Origin: Hydrurus foetidus
Taxonomy: Eukaryota
Direction of reading: 5' to 3'
Length of the DNA: 54,298 bases
Assembly (NCBI GenBank): GCA_900617105.1
Contig: UYFQ01000148.1
Coordinates: 1-54,298, forward strand
Position 1 is the stretch's first letter. Every line of letters begins with the position of its first letter. The translations under genes and the position numbers were made by a program. Positions 11,960 to 23,300 of this stretch are shown one piece after another. A model generated the notes under the pieces. It made no database searches and had not been told where the DNA came from. It was given only the letters and a program-made list of their open reading frames with translations.

Positions 11960-13560
11960 TGGAGGCAGCGTCATCAGTAGTCGAGTCGGGAGTGCATCTC
12001 CCAGCATATGAATTGATCTCTGGAGATCTGCTAAGACAAATTGAGCACGCTTCATCAGTAGTGACAACTTCAACGGACGAACTGGGTGAATTTTACGCTA
12101 TGGCGATGGCCGTCTCAGTCACCGCAACGTTGGTGGTAGACAGTTCGATAATCATCGTTCCTTTATCTCCTCCGGGAGATAATGAACAGATCGACTTCAC
12201 CTTTTTGGCCGGCAGCAAATCGATGTTCGTCAAGCTGCACGATACGCCGCAACCGAGGATGACCTACGGGCATGTTGCATCATATTCCGCTGGAACGGTC
12301 GTCAAGCCCTTTCAAGTAGGAACACTGGTCAAATTCGCGTCTCCGATCAACTTCGTAGTCGCAAAACAACGACTCGTAATGGCTATCAGTAATGCAGCGG
12401 GAGCAGAAATTGATTTGCGATCGGAGACGGTGCAGCCGGGAATCAAACGGGCGTGCATACGACAACTGGAAACGGGGGGCGAGTTGGTCGAGGATGCCGG
12501 AGAGAAACTCAAAGGTACGTTTACATACCTGTTGGATCTCGATGGGGTAAAGCATATGACCAGAAACAAGACGGAAATACCGCAGAGGGAAAGAGACCTT
12601 TACTTTCTATTCCGCGCTATGGACAACAGAAGATGGGACTACAGCATAAGCACGGACTTGGTGCTACAAACAGAACAGTACCGAAGTATGGTGTGTGAAC
12701 AGGGCGATACCCAGTCTGAGGATAGGCATATGGCCTTCGAGTCGTGCGGCCTTATCAGCCGGGTTCAGAAACTTCGACTCTTTCAAGAAAAAGATAAACT
12801 GAAACTGCTTCTAACTGGTTCAGTCTTGGTTGAATGCACCACGGATCCTACCCTCACTTTGCAAGACTTTACTATTGAGGAAAAGATATCTAATAAGACA
12901 ACTGCTTGCCCAAGCAACAACATTGGTATAATCCAGGCGATTAAAAACTTTCAGATTGTAATGCAGATTATTTTCTCGGATGCTTTTGCACAGTGTCTGA
13001 GCATTTTCATCGACAAACTGGAAGGAGTTTCCCGACCTATGGAGGTGGTTGCGGCGGACTTCCTGAGATACTCCATCGAGTTAACTCTGAGAAAATTCTT
13101 CAGAGTGGTTAGGTCTGTTAAGTCTACGGCATTTCCGGATTATTCCCTACATACCCCGGAGCTTTGCGCGATGTTTTTGACTGCGCTCTTTGGGAAGTTG
13201 GTGGTGGATTTATCGGATCCCCCGACCATGATGAGACAAGAAGCATATTATCGCTTTCGATTGGCTAGAAGTAGCGAAATGGCTGTCACAGTTACACCTT
13301 TAAAAACCAAACTCCCTGGCGACAAAACCAAAGAGGAGCCAAAAGCAGCTCAATTGAAGCCCTGCTCAGCGCACTTAGGGTTCCAGCTATCAGCCGTGAG
13401 GAAGGATGGCCGTCCTTACACCTGCAGCCACGGGAAAGACTGCACCTACCGACACATTAGTATCTTAGGGAAGTCGAACCAGAAGCTTATCGACCTCACC
13501 GCGTCTATGCCACCAACAATACGGGCTGAGCTGAGGAAGGCGATTGATGGGCGCAAATGA
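11959..13560 (+). CDS. ORF1, gag-like protein (533 aa) with a C-terminal CCCH-type finger
   Basis: First ORF of the YR element; C-terminal CSAH...CSHGKDCTYRH motif. Confidence 0.8.
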   Translation: MEAASSVVESGVHLPAYELISGDLLRQIEHASSVVTTSTDELGEFYAMAMAVSVTATLVVDSSIIIVPLSPPGDNEQIDFTFLAGSKSMFVKLHDTPQPRMTYGHVASYSAGTVVKPFQVGTLVKFASPINFVVAKQRLVMAISNAAGAEIDLRSETVQPGIKRACIRQLETGGELVEDAGEKLKGTFTYLLDLDGVKHMTRNKTEIPQRERDLYFLFRAMDNRRWDYSISTDLVLQTEQYRSMVCEQGDTQSEDRHMAFESCGLISRVQKLRLFQEKDKLKLLLTGSVLVECTTDPTLTLQDFTIEEKISNKTTACPSNNIGIIQAIKNFQIVMQIIFSDAFAQCLSIFIDKLEGVSRPMEVVAADFLRYSIELTLRKFFRVVRSVKSTAFPDYSLHTPELCAMFLTALFGKLVVDLSDPPTMMRQEAYYRFRLARSSEMAVTVTPLKTKLPGDKTKEEPKAAQLKPCSAHLGFQLSAVRKDGRPYTCSHGKDCTYRHISILGKSNQKLIDLTASMPPTIRAELRKAIDGRK

Positions 13561-14016
13561 CTATCGTATACGCCGGCGGTGCAGTTCGTCGGTAAGTGGA
13601 GAGGCTGACTTGTTTATCCATCGGGTCGATCTTGTGATCGACAGCTTGTCGTGCACTCATGCGTTTGTGTGTTGACTATGAGTGGTACCCGACTCTGCTG
13701 TTCAGCGGGAGCCTCTAAGTTCCTGCTGCCGATACCCCGACAGAACTGATCCTTCTGTTTGACTGAATAACGCTCACGTATGCAGTCATATGTCATAAGG
13801 CTAATGAAACCGGGTAGTCTGACATAACAGACTCCTCTGCATATGCATTAATGCTGTTTATCGTCACATGACACCCTGACTAAAAGGGATTGTTATTATG
13901 TCATGTGACTGTAACGCCGGTATTTTGCACCTGCACATGAGTGCAGTGCTTTGCCGTTTACTCTCCCAGTTGCTAACTGCAGCGACTAATCCACGATACC
14001 CTCGATCTGATATTGA

Positions 14017-16248
14017 GCAGGGTGTGAAGAAAAAAGGTCCGTTTTAGTGGTGGAGGTGAGAAGGGATAAGGAAAGGGAATCACGAAGCATACTTCACACC
14101 GACAGGGGGAAGACGAGTGAGGTTGGGACTAACTATGGAGCTGACTCCAGGGACATCGCCCCAGTGATCAATAAATGGGTAGCAGCGTGCTTCCCCCAGG
14201 GGTCCCAATCAAGCGAGGAGGATCTTCAGGAGTTGGTTCAGGAAGCAGCCGATGCTGCAAGAGATGACTACGATGCGAAATCAGCAGTAGTGTGGGCCGA
14301 GGGATACGAGTTTCCTGCCCGATATCTACAGAGTGATGTGGCATGCCTTAAAGCTGCCCAATTAGATTTCGAGACGATGGTGCGACGTCGATTGAAGATA
14401 CTGTCGCCTGATAGATTAAGCAAGGAAAGGGTTGAGAAGCTGCGACCGGATAACCCGGAGCGTCGGCTCATGTTCGACCTAGTTGTAGGAATGAAAGTCT
14501 TTCGTCCAACTGGCTTCGTTGCGAATGGGTCCTTACCCAGGACGCCTCTACGGAGCACGTACGAAACCGTAGCTCCCGCAGTCAACAAGATGCTGGGTGC
14601 TGTAGTTGAGCAGCGTTTAGCTTTTCTTCTCCCTTTAGAGCTAGCGCAGCAACACGTTCGGGACTTGCACTTGTGCAAAGCCCATTGGACCACAAAAAAG
14701 GGGAAGGCATCAGGCCGACCCCTGGGTGATCTCACTTTCGTAGACGGCACCCCACTGAATACAGATGAGACGGCCGAAGCCGCAATGGAGTATTATGGAA
14801 GGATATCCCATCCAACAATTGAGGACATAGCGAGGATGATTTACGAATTCTGGATCGCTGAAAGCACGCGGGACCCGCGGTTGAGTAGGCAAGACTTGCG
14901 TATCTGGAAAATGGACCTTAAAGGGGCCTACACTCTGCTGTCATTCAGACCAGAGGATGTGGGCCTCTTCGGGATGTTGCTTACTGGCGACCTCGTCTAC
15001 TTTCAACTGGCAGGAATATTCGGCTGGTCAGGCACCCCCGCAGCGTTTCAAGTTGTAACGCGTGCAATATCTTGGGAGCTAAAGCATGCACTGCGGAGCC
15101 GTACCCTAATGTACGTAGACGACATCATCGGTGTCTGTTTTGCAGAGGATGTAGACACGGACCTAAGAAAGACCCGGGATATATGCACGAGCCTGTTGGG
15201 GCCAGGCGCTGTCGCGGACGACAAGACAGAAGTTGGGACACGACTTGATGTCATCGGTTACACGGTGGACTTAGTGACGGAGCGAGTATTGATCGCTCGA
15301 AAGAACTTCCTGACTGCCTTACATGGATTTATCAGCACGGATGTTCATAATAGAATCAACCTCCGCACGGCCCAGCGATTAGCGTCCTGGGGCACAAGAT
15401 ACGGGAAGATATGCAGGGTGATGCGGCCATTTTGTACGGCGCTCAACCGTGCAACTTGGGGACGTACCGATCCTCACGCCCTCTTTTCTATACCCACAGA
15501 GACAATTGTGGCAATACAGTGCTGGAGGGCCATGTTATGTCTCGTCCGGTATCGCGAAACCGAATTCACCAGAACTCTCGAGTCGTTCGCACCAGCAACA
15601 CCAGTGATAATAGTTGAGTTTGACTCTTCCCTGAGCGGAGCTGGGCTGATTTGGTTTCTTAGGCATAACGGCACAGAGGTAGCAATGGGTGTCAGTGCCG
15701 TTGACTTGTCCTTTCTCGCATTCGGAGAGGACTCATCGTTCCAGAATCTGTCCGAGTTTATTGGAGCAATCCTAGCCGTGATCGGACAGATAATGTTAGG
15801 ACTGTCAGGACGCAGCCTAGCCCTCAGAGGAGATAGCGTAACAGCCCTTACATGGGCAATAACAGAGAGACCAAGAGGGTCCATTGTGACGAACGCATCA
15901 ATGGTGTGGATCCTACTCTGCGTCGCCACAGAGATCGATGTAAGAGAAGTCATTCACATCGCTGGGAAGGACAATGGAAAGTGCGACAGATTATCTAGAA
16001 GAGGAGTAGAGCCAAAAATGTCTGTCATGGATGAGGCAGCAGATATGGGAATCACTGGGGCTGCAGTTGTAGAGATCAACGGACAAGAGGCAGTGATCAA
16101 TATTCTACTGATGTGTGACCCTAGAACCGTACTCACGTCAGAGTCAGACTTCGTTGCTTTTTGGACAAAAACAAGGAGCGCCATCAGCAACTTTCTCATC
16201 CTGTATCCCTCATGTAATACTAACCCAAGAGGGTTACAAAAGTACTAA
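14017..16248 (+). CDS. Reverse transcriptase-RNase H (frame open from 14017; true start uncertain, probably spliced)
   Basis: KMDLKGAY, FGWSGTPAAF, YVDD; RNase H EFDSSLSG, NLSEFIG, RGDSVTA, HIAGKDNGKCDRLSR. Confidence 0.93.
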   Translation, partial: AGCEEKRSVLVVEVRRDKERESRSILHTDRGKTSEVGTNYGADSRDIAPVINKWVAACFPQGSQSSEEDLQELVQEAADAARDDYDAKSAVVWAEGYEFPARYLQSDVACLKAAQLDFETMVRRRLKILSPDRLSKERVEKLRPDNPERRLMFDLVVGMKVFRPTGFVANGSLPRTPLRSTYETVAPAVNKMLGAVVEQRLAFLLPLELAQQHVRDLHLCKAHWTTKKGKASGRPLGDLTFVDGTPLNTDETAEAAMEYYGRISHPTIEDIARMIYEFWIAESTRDPRLSRQDLRIWKMDLKGAYTLLSFRPEDVGLFGMLLTGDLVYFQLAGIFGWSGTPAAFQVVTRAISWELKHALRSRTLMYVDDIIGVCFAEDVDTDLRKTRDICTSLLGPGAVADDKTEVGTRLDVIGYTVDLVTERVLIARKNFLTALHGFISTDVHNRINLRTAQRLASWGTRYGKICRVMRPFCTALNRATWGRTDPHALFSIPTETIVAIQCWRAMLCLVRYRETEFTRTLESFAPATPVIIVEFDSSLSGAGLIWFLRHNGTEVAMGVSAVDLSFLAFGEDSSFQNLSEFIGAILAVIGQIMLGLSGRSLALRGDSVTALTWAITERPRGSIVTNASMVWILLCVATEIDVREVIHIAGKDNGKCDRLSRRGVEPKMSVMDEAADMGITGAAVVEINGQEAVINILLMCDPRTVLTSESDFVAFWTKTRSAISNFLILYPSCNTNPRGLQKY

Positions 16249-16302
16249 TTAGAGTTGATCCCTTCATCTCCCCGCGCACTCCTTATATCCGCACAAACAC
16301 AG

Positions 16303-17489
16303 GTGGTAAGGGGCTTATCTCCCTTCAGAGCAAAAAGGACTTGTCGGCATTTATATCAGCGTCAGTGCTACCCAAGACGAACAAGGTGTACGATGGACAT
16401 TTTAAAATGTGGACAGAGTTTGTGAAGAGCGAGGTGGATGGAGATGATCCTTTCCTGAGGAACGTAGCGGAGGAAGAGAAAGCCTCCCTCGTGGGGCTCC
16501 TGATGCTGAGAAGGCATGAAGCCGGACACCGGGGGAAAGCAGCAACGTCCTTTACGGCAGGTGTGCGCTTGAGATTCGCACAGGAAACTCTTGACACTGC
16601 TTTCCTCGAATCGGCGGTGATAGCAACAGCAAGAGCGTCGAGTCGGATGAAGCCGGACGAACTACGGGCTAGGAAGGACAGTGGTCTGCAGAGCACGGTT
16701 AAGTTGCCGATATGCGAGAGCATTCTGACGGGCATGAGGGCGCTAATGTGGGAAGAACGTAAATGGGATGGTGTAGACATGCAGCTGAGAATGACGTACC
16801 TCGGTTGCATGTGGGGTTTTGAAATGGGGGCTAGAGTGTCGGAGTATACCCAGCCGGAGCCAGGAGCGGTTGACCACTGTGTCAGAACTGACGACCTGAC
16901 CTTCACGATCGAGGCGGGAGATCAAACGACAAGGGTGACCGGAAGTGCACTTGCTGCATTAGGGCTGCACCATTCAGCAAAAGGAATGAAACAGATCACT
17001 GAGTGCCGCGTTCGAACAGTGACATCAAAAGGGAAGGTAACGGTCAAGGATAAACTCGTCGCAAGAAGATCACCTGAAGAAGCACTATTCCTGGAAGATA
17101 TCGTGGGATTCCTGGTAAACAGCGGAGCAGCAGGAGAGGAGGAAATGCTGAGCTGCCGAAGACCGGATGGCAGCAGACTTGCACTGAGATCGAGGGCCGT
17201 ACGCGATGAGCTGAAGCGTACGTGCGAGAGAAATGGGCTCCCACCTACCTACTTCAGTTCCCATTCTTTGAGGAAGGGCGCCATCACACACATGCGCGCG
17301 CTAGGGGCAAGCGAGGACGATCGCAGAGACAGAGGAAACTATGCCCCAGGATCGCAAGTGATGAATAACACGTACGACTACGCCACTGGACTTGGGCCCC
17401 TGGCCTCAAACAGCCTTGTGGGAGGGTACAAGCCGAGTCTAAATGATGTGAAGCGCCTGATACCACCTGCCAGACAGGTCAAAAAGTAG
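16303..17489 (+). CDS. Tyrosine recombinase (frame open from 16224; putative splice acceptor at 16302)
   Basis: Catalytic motifs GARVSEY, TSKGK, SHSLRKG, RGNY...NTYDY (R-K-HxxR-Y). Confidence 0.92.
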
Positions 17490-17525
17490 CGACATGGTAC
17501 GGTCAGGTCCCCTCGAGTTAAGGCG

Positions 17526-17769
17526 GGTGAAGTGGAATCTGACCCACGGTCCTCCCCCTGACCGCAAACCCCGATTGCAAATGAAGGCAGCAGGGGCGGG
17601 GGATGGATCGTGAAGCCTATGGCGCGCAAGCGCGACCAAACGTAAGATAACAATACCTCTTATTTCGGAACATGTTTCTCTATATAAACTCTACACAACG
17701 TGCGGAGAACTAGGAGAAATAAATGGGGTATTTTCCCTAAAGGGACAGGGCGCCGATAGTGCAATAGAA
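17526..17769 (+). repeat. Split direct repeat B1 (244 bp)
   Basis: Matches 18037-18280 with one mismatch (17620 T vs 18131 C). Confidence 0.95.
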
Positions 17770-17950
17770 TTAGAGGATGCCGATGCGGCAGTATAGGTTC
17801 TCTGGAGCGGCAAGGAGCAAGGACCGCTGACCGGAGCGAAGAAGCAATTGCCTGCGAGACAAGCTTGTCAATTACTCTTTCACTCGACACATTACTCGCA
17901 TAAATATTCGATTTCGCGAGCTTAAAAGAAATACCTTTGCTTTTTCATCA
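17770..17950 (+). repeat. Split direct repeat A2
   Basis: Copy of A1 abutting B1 (junction AATAGAA|TTAGAGG). Confidence 0.95.
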
Positions 17951-18036
17951 CCCCGTAGCCAACCATTCCTTGTATCTCGTTTTTATATTTAGAATTATAC
18001 ATTTTGTAGTGTTGTCTGACCACTTGCGTGTCAGAT

Positions 18037-18280
18037 GGTGAAGTGGAATCTGACCCACGGTCCTCCCCCTGACCGCAAACCCCGATTGCAAATGAAGGCA
18101 GCAGGGGCGGGGGATGGATCGTGAAGCCTACGGCGCGCAAGCGCGACCAAACGTAAGATAACAATACCTCTTATTTCGGAACATGTTTCTCTATATAAAC
18201 TCTACACAACGTGCGGAGAACTAGGAGAAATAAATGGGGTATTTTCCCTAAAGGGACAGGGCGCCGATAGTGCAATAGAA
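18037..18280 (+). repeat. Split direct repeat B2
   Basis: Copy of B1, separated from A2 by an 86-bp unique spacer. Confidence 0.95.
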
Positions 18281-18518
18281 CCTCTCTAGAGGTAAATTTT
18301 ACGCTGAATAAAACGGTGGAATTCGTTCTGACGGATTCGCTGAAATACGAAACATCGGGCAAAAAGGATATTGGCTGTAAAAGTACGAAAAGCCGTCTTT
18401 TATCCACACTGGCAGGAAACACCCCACTTAGGGCCGGCGACTCTTAAATATATTGATGTTGTCGTTGTCGCACAGTTGTAAAATTGTTGATAGACATCTT
18501 TGAGTAATTGTCGCGGAG

Positions 18519-19294
18519 ATGAACGACCAGCCTACAGAGAGCATCATCGAGGAGAACGGCCCTTTCGCCGGCAATACCAGTGAAATCGTGTTCGCGCAAA
18601 ATCAATCGAACGATGATACTGCTGAAGGTCGAACAGTCGAAAATTTTTCGGAAGACGTAACGAATCAGTTGGTTGAAAGTCTCCTTGGATCCTCTTCAGA
18701 TGCTAACGCAACCAAAAATTATGACTCATACAACAGAATGGAGGGATGTTCGAGCGATGAAGAAAACCAGACTGACAATGATGACGACAACAGTGTCGAG
18801 AAGGAGGAAGATACTACACTGGAGCATCATTATACCGAGCTGCAAAACGACATCCCCGACTTTGGTGAATTCACAGCAGCATCCTTGAACACCTTGGAAA
18901 ATGTAACGATCGATATCAGCGGAACCGATGTGAATCTGGACCATGCTGCCTCTAGTCCTTCAGCAGGATTTGATGATAATCTTCAGGAAACAGGAATAGA
19001 CAGCGACAAAGCTTTGGCGAGTACGAATCATCACATCAATGCACCTAAGTTACATGCATCCCGGATTGGAGTGGAATCACAAAGCAACGATGAATCTCAC
19101 TGTTACGTGAGCATTCCCCCTTTAACTGCAGGTGCGTTAGCGTCGCCATTTCTGTGGGGCAAAATAACTTAATAAGCAAATTCTGAAGCTGCCGCTACGT
19201 ATTCGATGCAGAAAAAATTGCCATTATCAAGCAGGCTATGGAAGGTTTTACTCTTAGGGCGCCAACGAAAGGGAGATTCTCATCTGGCTCCTGA
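18519..19294 (+). CDS. Acidic host protein, possibly MEA1-like; join(18519..19131,19212..19294)
   Basis: ATG-started D/E-rich ORF. An 80-nt GT-AG intron gives the C-terminus IPPLTAEKIAIIKQAMEGFTLRAP, which from memory resembles the MEA1 C-terminal motif. The product call is weak. Confidence 0.45.
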
Positions 19295-20311
19295 CCAACA
19301 GCGACAATTTCTCCACCGTATATCTACTTTATTATTTTGTTTTAGAATCATGTGTACTGTATTTGTCGGGTCTAATTTCGACCACACATTATCTCATCTA
19401 TTCTTTTCTGCTATGGGTTGGGCGCACATCCTACTTCGTCAAGAATTTACATGTCAGTTTGGAATTGCGGATTGATTTAGATAGTCAAGAATCATTTCGG
19501 AAGCAGCGACTTGATTGGATGGTAATCTGTCAGAGCAATGATAGAGACTCCTTATCCCTTACAATAGTAGCGAAAAGCATGACCTACGTGCAGGAGTATA
19601 CAGTATACAGTAAGCCCTCCCAGTGCGGAGAGATGCATAAAATGTAACCCTCCCCAGGGATCTTTGCTGATGGACTTCATCATCATCATCATCATCATCT
19701 TCTTCGTCGGCCTCAGAGTGGCAGCTCGTCTAAATGCGCGAAGCATTTCTGTCAAGACCAGCTCTTGATCTGATCAATTACAGAGCACTTCAGGGGCGTT
19801 GGGCCTCTTTGTCTCCGCTCTGATTTTCTGTGATGGCTCTGAAGAGCAGCTGTGCATAGCAATCTCTGGGAATCAACAATTGTCGTCGCTTCCGACACTA
19901 CGATGAATCCCGAAGGATGTAAATGACTATCGATTTCGGATTGGCGTGGCAGGCGGATGGGTAGGACACTTAACGGCACCAGCCCTAAAGGGTCTATCCA
20001 CTGAACGCTAGATGCCCTCTGCGACTGAGTGTGTCCAGCCACGATGGACGAAAGCATCGATGGTGACAAATGCGTGACGGCATGTTCTTATGTCGATCGA
20101 TTGTAAAGTCAGAACGAGGTCTCCGCTCAGCTGTCCCGCACGATAAGATGTTGTACAGCTCGTTGCAATCTGTCGCTACCACTGCGACAAACGGTAGGTA
20201 GTCTGCGATGCGATGCGGACTGGACAGCATCAGTGGTCCAAAGGGATCATTTGCAGTAGCAGAGGTGGTTCTGGCCGCAGCTGTTGCTGCTCCGTGATAT
20301 GTGTGAGACCT

Positions 20312-23300
20312 TCAGTAGTGACCATTGATGACCACTCTCGAGCTGGTTGACCTCTTCTGGTACACTTCATTTCCAACTCCATGAGAAGCCCACAGCTTGC
20401 GGAGTATTTCGAGTCGTTTCAGGTCCAAGTGAAGGGGCTTGCCTCTGCAATGCCTTTGCATCTCTCCGTAGTCGTCCACGTAAGGGGTAGGAAAGTAGGC
20501 ACACCGGGGACCAATTGATAACAGTACAGTGCAGTCCTAATGCGATATGAGGGCAACGTGATTTTGAAGAGCAGTAGAAAGGCATGAAAACGATGGTACA
20601 GTGAAAATGCGCGGCGATATGAGGAGATGGAAAGAATTACGTTGTGATTCTAAGTTGTTTCACCTGCAGAAGGAACACGATGCCCGCATCTTTGTTACAA
20701 ATCTTAGAGTGAGCAGCGCACTTCCCTCTGCCATTTGCATCCATCACTGCCCCGCATATTAGACACAGTGCGGGAAAAGAGTAGCCCCCCATGGCGGTCA
20801 GTTGGGAGTGCAGCTGGGTGTATGAAGATGGGAGCGGGAAGAGGCGGGGCTTGGAGAGAAAGGGGTACGTCCTCTGCACAGCTCGTTTGAGATGGGGGAG
20901 GTGATTGGTTATTGCCTGTGTAGATTCAACCCCCAGGTCCGCATCACCCCTGTCCGCTGACGTCGCAGCAGCTGCACTCTTTGAATTTATCCGGGAGAAA
21001 AACAGATCGAATGCCCCTGGTTTCAAAGGATCCACCACTGCTTGTGTCTCGGAGGTGTCATTGTCAAGTGCGCGCACCCATCTGGCCGCAGCTGCAGTGA
21101 TTTCGACCCACAGTGCGGTCCGCGCTGTTCCATTAATTTCATCCGTGACGTCCCTCAGTAGAGACTGCAGGCCCACAGCCTCCATGGCAGCGGAGAGTGA
21201 TCCGTCAGAGAGCCGAGAGGAGGAAGAGATGTCCTCTTCTTCCACACTAGGGTGCGGGTATTTGGTCTATTTTTGATTGATGGAGATATTGAAACGCTTA
21301 GCTGACAGATGCATACTCGAGAATCGTATTCAAAGTGATGTGGTTTCAAATGGTGTACCTGTGCCTTGGGTTCCATTACTTGGGGACACAGAATAGCAGT
21401 GAGGTCTGGCCTGCATATCTGCAGCATGTGGGCTACCACCAAGAGGAAGGAGTTCCAGCTCTCCAACACGCCCCTCATAAAGATCTCATCCACAAAAAAG
21501 GGGAATTGTATTCTGCTCCCAAAAGATGGACGAAATCGAAGAACCACTTTCATCACTTCTCGAAAGATGCCAGCCACCGCCCAGTTGTTAAGCTGCAGAT
21601 CATTAGTAGTTGCTGTAGAAAAGTGCGTCGAGTTCACGTTCTCACAGGCCTTGGAAAGATCGTGTTGAGAAGAGTGCGTGATGATGCACTGCATCAGGTG
21701 CGCCAGACACAGCCAGCGCACCGCAGAGGCGGTGGCGCAGGGAACGTCATCAATTAGAGATGTGCCCCTCTGAAATGCAGATGTATCACTGACCGCCTCT
21801 GCCCCGCCTTCTTCCCTCGACATTAGCACCTCCCGGATCATTTCCTTCCTCAGCGCCTCCTGCCGCTCGAAGGAGTAGCCGCTACTCGCACTCGCTGCCA
21901 TCGAGTTCTGCTCTGTCTCCGAAAGAAGCCTCTCCTGCTCCGTCTCTGCGATCACGGAGGGGTGTGCTAATGCCATCAGCAACACGATGCAGTCAAGCAG
22001 AGGACGGGCCAGAAGGGGTAGATGTGGCTTGTCAAGCCAAGAGCTAGAGTCGCATGCTGTGGTGGCCCCCGCCCTATCTGCTTCATCCATCTTGCCACTT
22101 GGCTCTACAGTCATTCCCATCTTCTCCTTCTGCTCTTCACGGTGACTTCTGGATATTTCCTCCATTGCCCTCTGATAGATGTCAATGTCCTCTCTATTAT
22201 GCGATTCCTCTTTGCCTTGCAGACTTGTCTGCAGAGAGCGCAGCACCATGGAATATCCTCTGAAGCACCTCAAGCTGCTGCCGACACCGTTGATCGCTGC
22301 ATCTAGCAGCCTCATCCTCGGAAAGCCCTTCTCAATGCCGACATGCGATGACTCCACTTCATCCATGCTGAATGAGAAAGCTATGCCCGATAAAACTGTC
22401 TCAAGGTGTTTCACCTGCGCTGGTCCGAAGTACAGATGAACAAGCAACCTTTCAACGATATCGCCGCCATCTCTCTTCACTGTAGCGTCATCAAAGTTGC
22501 TCACTTCGCACAAACTGGCTGCACTTTTCAAAATTTTTCTCCGATTATCTTCAAAGTTGTTGTGCCACTCGAGAGAGTCGGTGGCTCCTAGTTTCGGTTC
22601 ACAGAATCCGATCAAGAACCTGCGAGATAGGCGACAACATGAGATAACGAGAAACTGTTCTATGAGTAAGGATCAGTGATAAGAGGATGATCCTTTAAAA
22701 CAGAGTCAGTCTCGTGATGGAGAGCAAGCCGCTCAACTCAACTCAACTCAACTCAACTCAACTCAACTCAATTCCATGCATACGCACCTGGACCAGAACT
22801 CTATAGTTGATTTGTGCCCCTTGTTGCGCATCTGCCTCGTGAGGTGACAAATGAAGATGGTGAGGATCTTCAGTCGGTCCCAGTGACGCAGACCGCTGGT
22901 AAACCCTATATCGCTAGGGATCGTGGACCGGAAAAATTCGTGATTCTCCAGCCCGTAGAAGTCGTTGACGTTCATCTCGACATCGTCATCTATGATGCCA
23001 TCGGCGGTGCCGTGGTTGTCATAGAACGCGTTACCCGCTTCCCCTGCCCCCTCCCAAGACCACTCTCCCTGACCGGTGTAGTCCTCCATATGATCCGGGG
23101 GTATCTCGTCCTCGATGTCTCCGTCCTCCACATCCTCACCCCGATGGACGTCCAGTGCACTTAGATCGCACACGTCACACCAGACATCATCACCCTCGGC
23201 GTCTTCTCCACTCTGTCCGCTCTCCTCGCCCATTACACACACTTCATCATCGTTCGTACCGTGGGACTCTTCATATCGATGGTGAGCCCCTGAATAGGTG

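Larger units (their letters stand above)
11779..18280 (+). mobile_element. Tyrosine-recombinase retrotransposon (DIRS order, PAT/Ngaro-type split direct repeats), apparently intact
   Basis: A1-ORF1-RT/RNaseH-YR-B1-A2-spacer-B2 layout; uninterrupted ORFs; no DDE integrase or protease. Confidence 0.95.

Noticed and set aside
13557..13591. AUGA stop-restart mini-exon as the start of RT or YR
   Set aside because: It reaches the GTAAGT donor in phase 2, while all plausible acceptors need phase 1.
17526..17660. Hairpin-ribozyme-like words (TGAA, GGTC, AGATAACA) in repeat B
   Set aside because: GGTC is fully paired in the best stem and there is no canonical loop B partner strand; kept only as an unassigned structured motif.
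19660..20310. Possible small gene between the 18.5-kb gene and the UBR1 stop
   Set aside because: No convincing ORF or motif; likely UTR or intergenic, including a (CAT)n run.
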